Source: a virus
IMG/VR virus record: IMGVR_UViG_3300045988_059300
Length of the DNA stretch: 42,446 nucleotides
Direction: 5' to 3' (one strand)
Each line of letters begins with the position of its first letter. Within the stretch, counting starts at the first letter, position 1. A program made the translations under genes and the position numbers. This document shows, in pieces, positions 41,894 through 42,446 of this stretch. Under the pieces are notes generated by a model that saw only the letters and a list, made by a program, of their open reading frames with translations, made no database searches and was not told the DNA's origin.

Positions 41894-42066
41894 ACATTGG
41901 AGACAAGCTGTGCCTGGAACCCACCATCCCCACCAGCGCCTTTGTGACCGCAAGGACAGGCCCGCATCCCTGCCGGGTAGTCTCCATCAACGAGCGGCAC
42001 CATCATTTCACCGTGGAGTTCGATTTCCCCGAAGGCAGCTTCCGGGAGACCTACAAGGAGGAATAA
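41890..42066 (+). CDS. Small hypothetical protein (58 aa)
   Basis: ATGA coupling. Its end supplies the AAGGAGG for the next gene. Confidence 0.5.
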   Translation: MNIGDKLCLEPTIPTSAFVTARTGPHPCRVVSINERHHHFTVEFDFPEGSFRETYKEE

Positions 42067-42069
42067 CGC

Positions 42070-42446
42070 ATGGACGAACAAGAGTTGAAAAATATTTTGG
42101 ACAAGCACTTTAAATGGCTACGAGGCGAAAATGGCGGAAAACGGGCCAACCTGTCCAGGGCCGACCTGTCCAGGGCCGACCTGTCCGGGGCCGACCTGTC
42201 CGGGGCCAACCTGTCCAGGGCCAACCTGTTCGGGGCCAACCTGTCCAGGGCCGACCTGTCCAGGGCCAACCTGTCCGGGGCCAACCTGTCCAGGGCCAAC
42301 CTGTTCGGGGCCAACCTGTCCAGGGCCGACCTGTCCAGGGCCGACCTGTCCGGGGCCGACCTGTTCGGGGCCAACCTGTCCAGGGCCAACCTGTTCGGGG
42401 CCAACCTGTCCAGGGCCGACCTGTCCAGGGCCGACCTGTCCGGGGC
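42070..42446 (+). CDS. Pentapeptide-repeat protein, N-terminal part (continues at nt 73 of the window after removing the 72-nt overlap)
   Basis: AAGGAGG 8 nt upstream. [25 protein letters not shown], then 20 A[DN]L[SF][RG] units to the window edge. Confidence 0.9.
   Translation, partial: MDEQELKNILDKHFKWLRGENGGKRANLSRADLSRADLSGADLSGANLSRANLFGANLSRADLSRANLSGANLSRANLFGANLSRADLSRADLSGADLFGANLSRANLFGANLSRADLSRADLSG
42145..42446 (+). repeat. 15-nt tandem coding repeat array (pentapeptide units)
   Basis: 20 consecutive units differ at only 3 variable positions (N/D, S/F, R/G codons). Confidence 0.95.

Larger units (their letters stand above)
1..42446. mobile_element. Complete temperate phage genome, circularly permuted in this window (unit about 42,374 bp)
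   Basis: nt 1-72 are identical to nt 42375-42446. Integrase, CI/Cro switch, terminase, portal, capsid and lysis modules are all present, and no flanking host genes are seen. Confidence 0.85.

Noticed and set aside
42051-42404. 117-aa - strand ORF ([15 protein letters not shown]...)
   Set aside because: It is a mirror-frame artefact of the pentapeptide 15-nt repeats. The + strand frame has an RBS, a proper N-terminus, and continues into a globular domain.
42145-42446. Regular short repeats that could be taken for a CRISPR array
   Set aside because: The units are 15 nt, contiguous with no spacers, and sit in frame inside a coding ORF. There are no cas genes.

Overview
The window is a complete, circularly closed temperate phage genome with a unit length of about 42.37 kb. 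The last 72 nt (42375-42446) are identical to the first 72 nt, and joining the ends restores one 256-aa pentapeptide-repeat ORF. Coding density is high and there are two large transcription blocks. (1) The + strand early/lysogeny-exit block runs from 40311, across the junction, to 10078. It holds a Cro-like HTH, an Xis-like HTH, the pentapeptide-repeat protein, a 3D-domain protein, a recombination/replication set (PD-(D/E)XK exonuclease, annealing-protein candidate, SSB, DUF6291-like organizer, Hjc-like resolvase), two Lar-like zinc ribbons, a GNAT-like XF1762-type protein, YopX and a Rha regulator. (2) The - strand late block runs from 34086 down to 10110. In order it holds terS, scaffold, major capsid, terL, a 612-aa tail protein, portal, fibre/receptor-binding genes, the lysis cassette (XhlA-like, holin, CHAP endolysin), then a separate unit of unusual low-complexity proteins ending in a 1649-aa polyvalent-type protein. 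No tail tube, sheath or classical tape-measure set is visible, so a podovirus-like virion is inferred. The lysogeny module is int (37525-38613), a membrane protein, and a CI-type S24 repressor (39546-40169) divergent from cro. A Panacea(SocA)-type antitoxin plus an unassigned toxin candidate (19770-20682) sits as an opposite-strand, AT-richer moron. The items I rate most worth follow-up are: a twice-repeated 16-nt box + covarying hairpin + U-tract RNA element in late leaders (16361-16425 and 32709-32776); a roughly 950-nt ORF-free region upstream of terS with iterons, a G-run array and GC-rich hairpins (34087-35034); two promoter-plus-terminator candidate antisense sRNAs (38629-38741 and 22149-22298); the PanA-linked toxin candidate; and the low-complexity protein cluster 15072-19378. 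All product calls come from motif recognition by eye. No database search was run.
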